A DNA stretch of 64,000 nucleotides from Octopus sinensis (taxonomy: Eukaryota): contig NC_043003.1 of NCBI RefSeq assembly GCF_006345805.1, forward strand, positions 113,894,001-113,958,000, read 5' to 3'. This document shows, one piece after another, positions 39,070 to 52,470 of this stretch; position 1 is the stretch's first letter; the number at the start of each line of letters is the position of its first letter. The notes under the pieces are model-generated. The model was given only the letters and a program-made list of their open reading frames with translations. It was not told the origin of the DNA and did no database searches. Made by a program: the position numbers and the translations under genes.

Positions 39070-40150
39070 AAAAAATTTTATCTGACGATTAAAATATTTT
39101 CAAAAAGTTTTATTTCTTTTTTTAATATTTGAAACAGTCTTTTACTTCCCTCACACAGGCACGTCCAAAGTTCATAAGGAGCAGAGTTCACAGGTCAAAT
39201 TCAACATTCACATATATCTATGGCCATTTCGTCACCACCGTAGTTTATTTACACTAAAGTGCCTAACGGCGATGACCCCTCGTCAGGATAAACATGACTC
39301 ATGCACAGATGAAAATTTTTGTGAAAAGCTTATATAATTTATGAAGAACCCATCAACGGACCAATCCAAATTTCCTATAGAAATAACAAACAAACAAACA
39401 ATTGCTAAACACTCAGGTGGCTGTAGTTTGCAGAAATTTAACCTTGCCGGTTTCAAATCCCCGTAATGCTAAACAATTTTATTACATTTCTTTATACTTC
39501 TTTATACTTTCATAAAGGTGGACGAAAACCTATGGTTGCCACAAAGGATCACCTCAGTAAATCTATTCAAAGTTTTTGGCCGAAAAGACTTAAGGATGGC
39601 AAGGGATTCTTTTACACAAAACTTACACTTATTTATATTTACTCTGAAGTAAAGGTCCCGAAATAACGGACCATTCCAGAGAATAGCTCTTATTGCTCTT
39701 TAGATCGTGTAAAACAAAATGCGAGTATGGTAGAGCTGCAGTATTTATCGTTTGAGAACGAGTTCGTATAAGGTGCCTATAATTTTTCAGCCCTCTTGTG
39801 TTCGTAAGTCTATCAATAAATTGTGTATTAGAATACTCAAGGGACAAAAAAAAAAAGAAAAAGAAAAAGCCAGTACGCTGGTTACAAACCCTCTTCTTTG
39901 TATAAATGAAAATTAATTTTAAAGTGAAACAATAAAAACACATTTCAATGAAGTCGCTAGTTCTCATCCAAATCAAATGCCCCGTAAAACAAGAAATGAG
40001 GAACTATTTATTCAAAGAGATTGGTCATAACTTCTCATCTTTTCTTTTGTTTGTTTTTTCTGCCTGAATTCTTAGGTCAGGTTTTATCATCAGAATTACT
40101 AACGATAGATCTTAAAAGTAGAAAAGAAGGCCTTATGCCCAGAGTAGAAA

Positions 40151-40535
40151 GGCGGCGAGCTGGCAGAAATGTTAGCACGCCGGGCGAACTGCTTATGGGT
40201 ATTTCGTCCTGAGTTCAAATTCCGCTGAAGTCGACTTTGCTTTTCATCCTTTTGGGGTCGATTAAATAAGTACCAGTTACGCACTGGGGTCGATGTCATC
40301 GACTTAATCCGTTTGTCTGTGCTTGCTTGTCCCCTCTGTGTTTAGCCCCTTGTGGGTAGTAAAGAAATAGGTATTTTGTCTGCCGCTACGTTCTGAGTTC
40401 AAATTCCGCCGAGGTCGAGTTTGTCTTTCATCCTTCCGTGGTCGATGAATTAAGTACCAGTTGCGTACTGGGATCAATGTAATCGACTAGCCTGCTCCCC
40501 TAAAATTTCGAGCATTGTGCCTAGTGTACAAAAGT
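40151..40535 (+). mobile_element. SINE family A, dimeric form
   Basis: Head, two cores and the junction gtaaagaaataggtatttt. Confidence 0.9.
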
Positions 40536-40985
40536 ATTTTTTTTATCAGCCTTGTGCCTCGAATAGAAAGAATTTCTTATAATCCTCCAAATAATCAAGA
40601 AATTTATATATAGTTGGACCTCGTTTTACAAAAGTAAAAGGGAAAACTGTAATGAAGCCCATCCATAAGTCGACAGCAATGTCCCGTGTAAAATTGAAGG
40701 CGAGAGCATCTTGTACAGAGCCGTATCAATTAGAATGATCAAAACCAGAGACAAGCAGAAGCAACACCTTTCGGCTGAGTTAACCGAATATTTTGCACCT
40801 AGAGACATGATTTACTGAAAGCTAAAGGTGTAGCGAAGGGGTTAATAGCATCCATCGAAAAAAACAAAACTTGCCGTTGATGAATTTGCAGCTGTAAAAG
40901 GTGCAGATTCGCACGCAAATAAGGAGAGACATGTCAGTCATGATGTAGAGGACAACCACGTCTTATATACTCATCGTATGTTCAT

Positions 40986-41029
<44 letters not shown>

Positions 41030-41032
<3 letters not shown>

Positions 41033-41190
41033 GATATATACATATATATATATAAATATGATATATACATATATATATATAAATATGATATATACATATA
41101 TATATATAAATATGATATATACATATATATATAAATATGATATATACATGTATATATAAATATGATATATACATACATATATGCATACGA
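41030..41190. repeat. Minisatellite, ~25-bp unit (aaatatgatatatacatatatatat)n
   Basis: Direct reading of the sequence. Confidence 0.85.
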
Positions 41191-41285
41191 TATATACATA
41201 TATGCATACAACTATGATATATGCATACATATAACATGTATATATATATATATATACATGTGTATATATATGTATATATATATAC

Positions 41286-41324
<39 letters not shown>

Positions 41325-41392
41325 GAAGACCTTCCACCGTTTAACTCTTACTCTTTCTCACACATTTTGTATCAATCTCTCTCTCTCTTACT

Positions 41393-41466
<74 letters not shown>

Positions 41467-41468
<2 letters not shown>

Positions 41469-43644
41469 AGTTGTTATGACTAGCTTCCTATCTTCATAAA
41501 CCTCTCACATTATGTTGCATTGCCGGATAATCGGTGGAAATCCATAGAAATCTCTGTCAGTGGCGTGAAATCATCAGAATTAACTTGACGAGGTTAATCT
41601 AATTAACTTGACGAGGTTAATCTAATAAACAAAGACGAGGTATCGAGCATTGCCTCCCTAACTTCTTTATACAAACACGTTACAGCCCCGGTCGCCAGCT
41701 CGTGGCTCTAGCTTTGGTGGGTAAGCCAAGTCCTCAAAAGAAGAGCCTAAACCACAAAATGTTACTGAGCGGATTTGAGAGATGGGTTACTTCAGATAAA
41801 GTGACATTGGCTCAGTGTAGGCTGCCACCTTGACCCTAAGAACTTGCAGGAAAAAGCGAGGAGGAACTTTCACTACATCGTTCAGTAAGGGCTTCAACAA
41901 GATTTTACGACCTTCGCCGATGTTATCGGACATCAACTGCCCTCTTCTTACAACCTGAGATTTCTACCAGATGTCTTCCTGCACCATACGTTTGGTCAAT
42001 CACTGACTCTGAAACATGGAGATCATTGGCAATGACCCTCATTCATTTTTTCCTGATATTCTCGATTTTTTTGAAAGCCTCCATGTTGGTGCAGAAAAAA
42101 GAGAGCATTTAGTTAAAATTTAGGTCACTTATGGTTCTTAAAGCTGTTGTTCTCAAATAGCTGTGGCACCCTGTGTGTGTGTGTGTGTGTGTTTAGTTGT
42201 TATGACTAGCTTCCTATCTTCATAAACCTCTCACATTATGTTGCATTGCCGGATAATCGGTGGAAATCCATAGAAATCTCTGTCAGTGGCGTGAAATCAT
42301 CAGAATTAACTTGACGAGGTTAATCTAATTAACTTGACGAGGTTAATCTAATAAACAAAGACGAGGTATCGAGCATTGCCTCCCTAACTTCTTTATACAA
42401 ACACGTTACAGCCCCGGTCGCCAGCTCGTGGCTCTAGCTTTGGTGGGTAAGCCAAGTCCTCAAAAGAAGAGCCTAAACCACAAAATGTTACTGAGCGGAT
42501 TTGAGAGATGGGTTACTTCAGATAAAGTGACATTGGCTCAGTGTAGGCTGCCACCTTGACCCTAAGAACTTGCAGGAAAAAGCGAGGAGGAACTTTCACT
42601 ACATCGTTCAGTAAGGGCTTCAACAAGATTTTACGACCTTCGCCGATGTTATCGGACATCAACTGCCCTCTTCTTACAACCTGAGATTTCTACCAGATGT
42701 CTTCCTGCACCATACGTTTGGTCAATCACTGACTCTGAAACATGGAGATCATTGGCAATGACCCTCATTCATTTTTTCCTGATATTCTCGATTTTTTTGA
42801 AAGCCTCCATGTTGGTGCAGAAAAAAGAGAGCATTTAGTTAAAATTTAGGTCACTTATGGTTCTTAAAGCTGTTGTTCTCAAATAGCTGTGGCACCCTGT
42901 GTGTGTGTGTGTGTGTGTTTAGTTGTTATGACTAGCTTCCTATCTTCATAAACCTCTCACATTATGTTGCATTGCCGGATAATCGGTGGAAATCCATAGA
43001 AATCTCTGTCAGTGGCGTGAAATCATCAGAATTAACTTGACGAGGTTAATCTAATTAACTTGACGAGGTTAATCTAATAAACAAAGACGAGGTATCGAGC
43101 ATTGCCTCCCTAACTTCTTTATACAAACACGTTACAGCCCCGGTCGCCAGCTCGTGGCTCTAGCTTTGGTGGGTAAGCCAAGTCCTCAAAAGAAGAGCCT
43201 AAACCACAAAATGTTACTGAGCGGATTTGAGAGATGGGTTACTTCAGATAAAGTGACATTGGCTCAGTGTAGGCTGCCACCTTGACCCTAAGAACTTGCA
43301 GGAAAAAGCGAGGAGGAACTTTCACTACATCGTTCAGTAAGGGCTTCAACAAGATTTTACGACCTTCGCCGATGTTATCGGACATCAACTGCCCTCTTCT
43401 TACAACCTGAGATTTCTACCAGATGTCTTCCTGCACCATACGTTTGGTCAATCACTGACTCTGAAACATGGAGATCATTGGCAATGACCCTCATTCATTT
43501 TTTCCTGATATTCTCGATTTTTTTGAAAGCCTCCATGTTGGTGCAGAAAAAAGAGAGCATTTAGTTAAAATTTAGGTCACTTATGGTTCTTAAAGCTGTT
43601 GTTCTCAAATAGCTGTGGCACCCTGTGTGTGTGTGTGTGTGTGT
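41467..43644 (-). mobile_element. Three tandem 726-bp copies of an internally deleted Tc1/mariner (DD37D/maT-like) transposon remnant
   Basis: Period 726 (anchors at 41469, 42195, 42921). Minus strand starts CAGGGTG (TIR-like) and encodes MRVIANDLHVSESVI, RMVQEDIW*KSQVVRRGQLMS, PPRFFLQVLRVKVAAYTE and NPLSNILW. Units are separated by (GT)n. Confidence 0.75.
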
Positions 43645-44356
43645 TTACGTATGTCACGTAGTTTATGCTTATGCATATATAAGTCTATTATATGAATGTG
43701 TGTGTGTCTATGTGGGTAATTGTATTTCTTTCAAATGCATTCCTCAATGATGAAGCCCTGTGACGTCACCCAGGCACTCGGCTCTATTTCCTCAAAGCCC
43801 AAACATCTGTCAGCTGATAAAGGCGATTGCATAACTGCTGTTCTTTTGTTCTTTATCATTTATTAATATTACACTCTCGACTGACCTTCCGGTCGAGTCC
43901 GGTGTGGAGGAGGTCATTGAAACCACTCCCACACGCTACCGTGCTTAGTCATACGCAGTATTTCTGCCATAAGTGTAGTGAGTTCTAACTGGTTGTTAAT
44001 ACTGCCCTGGCCAAGTGGGACTACTATATCTATCTTTCCCCCTCTTTCTCTCTCTCTCTCTCTCTTCTCTCCTTCTCTGTCTATCTACATATCTATCTCT
44101 CCACACACACAGAAACACACATGCACACATGTATTACAGGTTATACAAATACTGCGGATACGTATATGTGTAAGTTCTAATTGAGCACTGGGGCTGATGA
44201 AATTAATTCCCCCCCCTCCTTTCAAAAATTGTGCCAAAATTAGAAAGAATTATTATTATTGTTGTTGTTAATATTGAAGTAATCGTCTCATAGCCTCCCC
44301 AAAATGGCTGCCCTTGTGGCAAAATTTGAAGCCATTATTATTATTATTATTATGAA

Positions 44357-44740
44357 GGCGGTGAGCTGGCAGAATCGTTAGCACTCCGGGCGAAATGCTT
44401 ATGGGTATTTCGTCTGTCGCTACGTTCTGAGTTCAAATTCCGCCGAGGTCGACTTTGCCTTTCATCCTTTCCGGGTCGATTAAATAAGTTACACACTGGG
44501 GTCGATGTAATCGACTTAATCCGTTTGTCTGTCCTTGTTTGTCCTCTCTGTGTTTAGCCCCTTGTGGGTAGTAAAAAAATAGGTATTTCGTCTGCCGCTA
44601 TGTTCTGAGTTCAAATTCTGTCAAGGTCGACTTTACCTTTCATCCTTTCCGAGTCGATAAATAAGTACCAGTTATGCACTGGGATCGATGTGATTGACTT
44701 AATCCTCTCCACCAAGCTGCACTTGTGGCAGAAAGTTGAA

Positions 44741-44760
<20 letters not shown>
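44357..44760 (+). mobile_element. SINE family A, dimeric form with (ATT)n tail
   Basis: Head, two cores and a variant tail. Confidence 0.9.
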
Positions 44761-44771
<11 letters not shown>

Positions 44772-45381
44772 GTAGTAGTAGTAGTAGTAGTAGTAGTGCA
44801 TGTGTATGATTTGTACAAGAAGGATAAGTCCATAAACACAAATGTGATTCATGTTGGGTGTGTAGATACGAAAGCTTATTACTTAAACCAATGGTAATGG
44901 ACGTGTGGGGGTATTATTGGATATTTTCGCATTTCTGTTGTGTGGTTGACTAAGTGTGTGTGTGTGGTGTGTGTGTGTGTATGTATGTGTGTGCGCTGGC
45001 GCATGTGTGTAAACGCGATTGTTTTCGTGTAGTCATGGTGACTATGTTTAAATAGCTAATTTGAAAGTGTCATGCAAATAGAAGAGCAATGACGACAACC
45101 GTCATAACAACACCACCACCAACAACAACAAGCGGAAAAGGTTGGGAAGAGGAAAAAGAGGAGAATCAGAGTATTGTTGTTGGTCGAGTACGATGATGAT
45201 GGTGATGATAGTGGTGACGATGGTGAGGAGAAAATAATTCATTGGGGGGAGTGGGGGAGCCGAAATAGAGGATGCGAGGGGTCCGGGGGTGGGTGGGGGG
45301 TGAAGGCAGACTATATGGTTATTAAACAAATATATATATAAACAAATAATTATATATATTATGCACACACATACACACATG

Positions 45382-45423
<42 letters not shown>

Positions 45424-45497
45424 ATTTCTATGTATATACATATATATATATGTATGTATATATATATATGTGTGTGTGTGTGGTGTGTATTTGTATG

Positions 45498-45558
<61 letters not shown>

Positions 45559-45646
45559 GTGTATGTATGTATGTATGTATATATATATATATATGTGTAT
45601 GTATGTATGATATATATATATATGTGTATGTATGTATGTATGTATG

Positions 45647-45694
<48 letters not shown>

Positions 45695-46164
45695 ATATAT
45701 ATATGTAAATATGTTGTCCCAAAATTGTCTGCCGATCGCAGTGGGACATTGTTTCTGGTGAAGGTTGTTCCCTGGAGAACAGGAAAAGGAATGATAATGT
45801 TGTTGAATGGAAATGGTCGCCATCTGCCTCTATTGACCGATCGGACAGTGTAAAGCAGATGTCCGCCCCAAGTGGACATATTCCGTGAGACAAATATAAT
45901 TTAATAATTAATAGCAATATTACCAAAACTACTACTAATAATAATAATAATAATAACAATAATAATAAGAAGAAGAAGTAGAAAGAAAGAAAAGCAATAA
46001 CAGTGCAATAATTATAACGAAGTTGATGATGATGATGGTGATGATGATGGCGATAATAACAATTATTGTTTATTTTATTGCCACAAGGTCCGTGTTCAAA
46101 GACATTGCCGGACAATTGTAATGTATCGGCAACAATAGGAACAATGTGAACAACAAATAGATTC

Positions 46165-46930
46165 GAATGTGTGTGTGTGTGTGTGTGTGTGTGTTTCCGT
46201 ATGTACGTATGTATGTGTTTGAGTGTATGAATGTATGTGTGTATGCATGTATGTCTGTGTGTATGTGTGCATGAATGTATGTGTGTTTGTGTGTATGTAT
46301 GCATGTGTGTGTGTATATGTGCATGAATGTATGTGTGTGTATGTATACATGTGTGTGTATATGTGAATGAATGTATGTGTGTATGTGTGCATGAATGTAT
46401 GTGTGTATGTGTGCATGAATGTATGTGTGTATGTGTGCATGAATGTATGTGTGTATGTGTGCATGAATGTATGTGTGTGTATGTATACATGTGTGTGTAT
46501 ATGTGCATGAATGTATGTGTGTGCATTCATGTACGTGTGTGTGTATATGTGTGCATGAATGTATGTGTGTGCATGAATGTATGTGTGCATGAATGTATGT
46601 GTGTGCATGAATGTATGTGTGTGTGTATATGTGCATGAATGTATGTGTGCATGAATGTATGTGCGTGTATGTATGCATGTGTGTGTATATGTGCGTTGAA
46701 TCTATGTGTGTATGTGTGCATGAATGTATTTGTGTGTGTATACATGTGTGTATATGTGCATGAATGTATGCGTGTATGTGTGCATGAATGTATGTATGTG
46801 TGCATGAATGTATGTATGTGTGCATGAATGTATGTGTGTATATGTATACATGTGTGTGTGTATATGTGCATGAATGTATGTGTGTATGTGTGCATCTCTG
46901 TATGTGTGTGTATGTATACATGTGTGTATG
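46165..46930. repeat. (TG)n-derived ~24-bp minisatellite (gtgcatgaatgtatgtgtgtatgt)n
   Basis: Direct reading; source of the H/T-rich pseudo-ORFs. Confidence 0.95.
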
Positions 46931-47719
46931 ATGCACAACGCAGTGAGAATGAAAACAGAGAAATAAATTTACATTTACCCTTGTAAAAGCTATGTAAACG
47001 CATTACGTTCTCTGCTTCTGAAGTGAAAGGGTCTCCGGGCGGACCGTTTCATGGTTTGCTCACCCCTTGCCCGAGAAAACGTGCTCAATTTTCTTCCATA
47101 GGCAGCAAAAGTATTGTCAGTCTCTCCTCTGAAAATATAGATTCAGATTCTTTTCTCGTTGAGTAACAGACGTGGAATCGACCAGAGTCGAATAATTAGA
47201 GATTATGAAGCCACCTCTACTGCAAAAAGAAGTTCCCCCGATTAGTATCAAAGAATCGACCAAATTTGTCAAAAAAGCAGTTCTGAATTCCAGCCGCAAA
47301 CAAATCGCATTGATTTACCTCAAACATGAAGAAGGATCTTATAATTGAATCACTTTGGCTGAACCGGAACATTTTAACAAGAGAAATATCAAGATGAAGT
47401 AAGAATACAACTTGTATTACAAAGAGAGAAAAAAGCAACACAGACAGACCACAGCAGAAGAGATAAATATAAAGCAGTCATACATTAGGATATAACCGTA
47501 GTGGATAGCATAATTTGCGCATTTTTGCTTTTGAAGCCTAATTATTAATTAATGATTAACACAAAAGAAATGAAGAAACACTGAAGGAGGGACAGGGATA
47601 AAATTTGAATTGAAATTAGGCCCCAAACCTGCAAAATATACCAAATTAGAGCCTTAAGGAAACATGCTAACCGTGCGTTAGAAATAATTACAACACTATT
47701 AACCCTAAGCCTTATAATG

Positions 47720-48110
47720 TACTAGCAGTATCGCCCGGCGTTGCTCGGGTTTGTAAGGGAAATAACTATATAAGCATTTTTAGAGAGTTATAGCCAAAAA
47801 ATAGCAAAAAATGCATTAAAAATGGAAAAAAATGATGGTAAATTTTTTTTAATCGTTGACTTATCGTAGACATTTTTAGAGAGTTATAGCCAAAAAATAG
47901 CAAAAAAATGCATTAAAAATGGAAAAAAAATGGTAATTTTTTTTAAAATCGTAGATTCATCGTAGACGCGCGCTAATACCCAGAAGGTCTCGATATGAAT
48001 CACGACTATAAGATACCCGGTTTTGGTTAAACTGCACCGCAAAATGTGGGAGTAGTTAGGAATCTAAATCGTAGGAGACAGACAGCACACAACCTCTCTT
48101 TTATATATAA
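47720..48110 (+). mobile_element. Non-autonomous Helentron/HINE-like (rolling-circle) element
   Basis: 5' ACTAG followed by the hairpin cccggcgttgctcggg, an internal ~96-bp tandem duplication, and a 3' acagacag..ttttatatata end. This is the architecture of DINE-1/Lep1-type elements (inference). Confidence 0.6.
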
Positions 48111-48428
48111 TGTATGACACGGCATGTATAGAAAAGAGGGCGACAGGTGTCAGAATAATAGAGAAATTTAGATGATCTTAAATCTTGTTGGGAAACACGG
48201 GATTCATATGGAGACGCATCACAAGAGATGAGGTGTTATGAAAGGCATTTTGACCCAAACCGGTGATATTTAAATATAGCCCGCATAAAAAGTATGGTTA
48301 CGTACGTAGGAAATTTAAAACTCAAAACAAACAGCCTAGCAGTTTCAGTAGCAAGCTACATCTAGGTGTTAAAAGGTAATTGGTGGAAGATAACAACTGA
48401 TTGTCAAAACTCTATACTACAAACGCTG

Positions 48429-48653
48429 GGCGGCGAGCTGGCAGAAACGTTAGCATGCCGGACGAACTGCTAAGGGGTATTTCGTCCGCCGTTGGGTTCT
48501 GAGTTCAAATTCCGCCGAGGTCGACTTTGCCTTTCATCCTTTCGGGGTCGATAAATTAAGTACCAGTTACGCACCATATAATCGACGTAACCCGTTTGTC
48601 TGTCCTTGTTTGTCCTCTCTGTGTTTAGCCCCTTGTGGGTAGTAAAGAAATAG
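48429..48653 (+). mobile_element. SINE family A (left monomer)
   Basis: Head and core; ends gtaaagaaatag as 18312-18545 does. Confidence 0.9.
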
Positions 48654-49084
48654 ATATACATCATATGTATATTCCTCCTCAAAATGGAAGGAATGGTTTT
48701 CTATAACTTGGGTCATAATACTGGGACTTTACCAGCAAAACATTCGACTACAATAAGTTGCTAAAGACCAGAACATCCAAAGGCGGCCCTCAATAGGCGT
48801 AGACGCACCGTCATATTTAACAGATGCAGATACTTCGTCTGCAGTTTCCTGCAATCCCTCCGACACAATAAAAACCATCATACTGCAGTAAGGACACACA
48901 TATACCAAAGAAGTTTAAGAGATGAAGAATTTAATCAACAGAGTTTAGAAAATGAGCACAGCGTGGAAAATGTCCACGACAGAATATGTCAGAAGAGGAG
49001 GCAGGTTGTTACCATCAGGACATTATCATTAAAGGCAAAGCATTCAGTTCCCGTTCGCTAATTGATGCAGTTTGTCCAAATAAT

Positions 49085-49275
49085 ATTTCAATAAAATACA
49101 AAGATATAGAAAAAGGAAATTGTGACAAATATGGAAGACAGAGAAATGGATAAACATTCCTGTTGCATTATAAGAGCTCTGGGAGTTGTGAAGGAGTGGA
49201 CAGGATAAAGGGAAACGTGGACGAAATACCCAGATGACCTTCTGTAAACGAAGCTTAGAAAATGCTGCCACGAAG
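49085..49275 (+). mobile_element. R4/Dong-like LINE, 3' fragment
   Basis: IKYKDIEKEI..IRALGVVKE..IPR*PSVNEA*K, similar to the RLE C-terminus. Confidence 0.5.
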
Positions 49276-51216
49276 TGGCCATAGAACCAAACCTCTTCTA
49301 CTTTGTTGCTACTGAAACGTTCTGTTAGGACATTTGATAATAATTTCTGAAAACAATTTCATGTTGGTGAGAGTTATTTGATTGGCACTTAATTTTAATG
49401 AGCCCCGAGGGACGAAACGCAGCATTGACCTCAGCGAAATTTGAACTAAGTTTTGAACGTAGATTGACAGAACAAATACTGCAACGCATTTGGTTCTACG
49501 CTTTAACGTTTCTATTGAACCAGTGCACTAATGATGATGATGATGATGATTGCCAGGAGGAATGACAGATGGCTCTGCACAAGCCCCACTGAAGCCTCCT
49601 GGTGTCTACATGTGCACATGTAGATACCATTTTCAGTTGATGTAAGACCAACATTTTTTTTCTGTGATAGAAATGGTGGTGGTATTGTAACGTGTCTGAC
49701 TAACAACACTTCTGATTAATATTCAAAGGACATGTAATTAGTTGTCGTTGTTCTTGTTGTTGTTAATCCAGATCGAGTACACTTAAAGGCATTCCAGCTG
49801 TGACCATCCTGCTTTTTATTCTAACATACTGTGTTTAAGACTACGTTATTTCATGTCCTTTTTACAAAAATACTCAAGGGTGTAACATGAAAAACTAAAC
49901 CAAATTCAAATAAAGATTTATCTGCTATTTCCAGCAGGTTAAACGACTACTTCCGGTCTTTCTCGATGCATGCTGAATTGAGAAGACAGAGGCTCTGTAT
50001 ATCGACCAAGTAATCAATACCTCGTGTACCGTTACAGGTGTTGTCATTGATTAAGCTACATCAGCTCTGATCAAAAGCAGTAAAGCAGTAACCACCCAGC
50101 GTGTGAATCTGATAAAGTGCATCTAGGACTCCATTAACCAGTGTTTTCCTTTCCTCTAAGAGTATGATTTGAGATTTTAGCGGCTATTTCCAGCATACCA
50201 AGCTACCGCCTACAAACCTCCACGTCGACTTGTCCTTACATTCTGCTGTAACGTATGGTATAATCTTTACGGTCCAGTTTGATCCTTTACCGCTTTTGTT
50301 GATGTTGCTTAGCAACATTGGATCAATTCTGATCGAAGAAACACGTTTAAATCGAAAACGATTCTTTCTAGAAAGAATCTTAATCTCCGATATTTAAGGG
50401 ATTTCCTTTTCAAAAGCGTTGCGTGTGTTTTGGGATTTGGTTGCTGTGTCTAGCAGGAAGATACTCCGCAAGAGCAGCCTTATTCTCTCATTGTTGCTAC
50501 TCGTTTTGTGGGCTTTGTTGCTCCTGCTCCTACGACTCCTACTGCTGCTGCTGCTGCTGCTGATGATGATGATGATGACCATCCTGATGATAGTTTTGTT
50601 GCCCTGTCTCTCCTGAAAATACAACTTTTTTTTTTTAAACGAATTTCATCGGTTGCTTAATAAGTAACACCATCTGCTTTGAGGGGAGGGACGGAAGTAT
50701 TTCTGCTGATATTATTAACAGCAGCACTAGCAGTTACAACAACAACAACAGCAACCACAAAAATAAATGTAGCACTAATAGTAGTAGTAGGTTGTGGTGG
50801 TGGTGAGATGAAGTGTTGGTGTCGATGGTGGCAGTAGCAGGGTGGTGGTGGTCGGGTGGGGGGCGAGATAGTCGTCGTAACTGTTTAACGAATGAATCTT
50901 ACATTCTGTCGCACTGTCCGCACACTTCAAAAGCTATTACACACAACGATTACAAACATGTGCGGTAGGGGCCCGGGGGTGGGGCAGGAGGATATTGTTT
51001 TACCAACATTTCTCGTCATCAAGTGAAAATATAATTTTTTTTTTTAAAGTAGAACTCCTTTGGGCGATGAAGTGCAATTGAAACATAGGAGTGTGTGTGT
51101 TTGTGGAGGTGCCCCCAAAACGGCTGATAGTTCACTTAATTTTCATTTCTTTTTTAAATTCAACCCTTTAAAAGTAACAAAGGGAACCAGACTAAGACTT
51201 GAACGAAGGAAATTTA

Positions 51217-51626
51217 GGATCTTTTCAGTTTGAACGGCAGTTTTTAACATAATTTCTAGGTAACTAAAAAAATTTAAACTTCGTATACTGGTAGAATGTG
51301 TTTACAAAACATCTTTTTCTCTTGGCTTTATTGAGAAAATTCTATAGTTTATAAGATATTTGTTTTTGTTTTCTTCAATTTCTGTAATTTCAACCAATCA
51401 ATGACGTGTATTGAGGTAAAGAATCATTCTATGCCGTATGAATATGTCCCTCGTTTAAGAAACAAATTGGGTTTATTTACATTTGTGAAGAAAAAAAGAT
51501 GCCCTTCCACCCACCCTAACCCTAAAAGAGATTGAAATGTAATAGATCGATACTAGGGTCATAATTATGGGTGACAATTTCATATGACACCGCTAAAAAA
51601 AACTGCCGTTCAAACCGAGAAGATCC
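51217..51626 (+). mobile_element. MITE copy 6 (Merlin-like)
   Basis: Same TIRs; perfect 8-bp TSD gaaattta. Confidence 0.95.
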
Positions 51627-51724
51627 GAAATTTATTCTAAAATACTACTGGAAATTTTTAAAAAGTAGTCGAAATACAAAGCCAGTTTAGGTGGGGAGAT
51701 TCAAATAATTCCATCTAAGAGGTT

Positions 51725-52035
51725 TAGCATGACTCGAATTGGAGAAAAATGTCCGAAACATTCCAGAAGACCAAAGACAATGGACAAGATCCTCAAAGCA
51801 AACAACGGAACGAGATGTGTTGCCAAAATTCATGATAATCAATGCGACAAACGAGTCGTTATAAAAGTGTTTCGAGACGAAGCATTCAAAGCGCTGAGAT
51901 TGGAAAAGTTACATTCCAAGAAGACAAGTTGGAAATGATGGAAGCAAAGGGTAGGAGTTGTGCTATGGGTACTTGTCAGGATGCTGAGAAGATGTACACT
52001 TTTAAACAAAGATTTTCTGGAATGATGAAGCTATG
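51725..52035 (+). pseudogene. Decayed Tc1-like transposase fragment
   Basis: ..VIKVFRDEAFKALRLEKL.. followed by a frameshifted KIFWNDEA resembling the W-S-D-E first catalytic motif. Confidence 0.35.
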
Positions 52036-52385
52036 ATTAATTAAATGGTTCAATTAACCTCCACAATCGTAAATCCTGGGGGCATGAAAATCCGCACATT
52101 ACGGAGCAACATCCTGTTCATTTACCAAAAGCTACATTATGGCCTTACTTAACAAAAGAATTAATTGAACCGTTCTTTTTCGACGCTGCTTTAATTGCTT
52201 TGACAATCTGTTATAACAAAAATTCAAGGGGATTTTGAAAATGTGGAGTTTTATTTCCAGCAAATCGGGGCACACCCTAAAAACATTGTAAGGACCGATT
52301 TTGATGAGATTCTGCTGAACTAGTTGAGCGAAGAGGTTCAACAGAATACGCTCTATGTTCACCGAATCTTATACCACTTAATGTT

Positions 52386-52455
<70 letters not shown>

Positions 52456-52470
52456 ATATATCTGTAAATG

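Noticed and set aside
45711-45890. Unique island between microsatellites with open frames on both strands
   Set aside because: No paired splice sites and no recognisable protein motif.
45102-46936. Long ORFs of 474 aa and 288 aa rich in H/T/Y/I
   Set aside because: They are translations of (TG)n/(TA)n micro- and minisatellites, with no protein-like composition.
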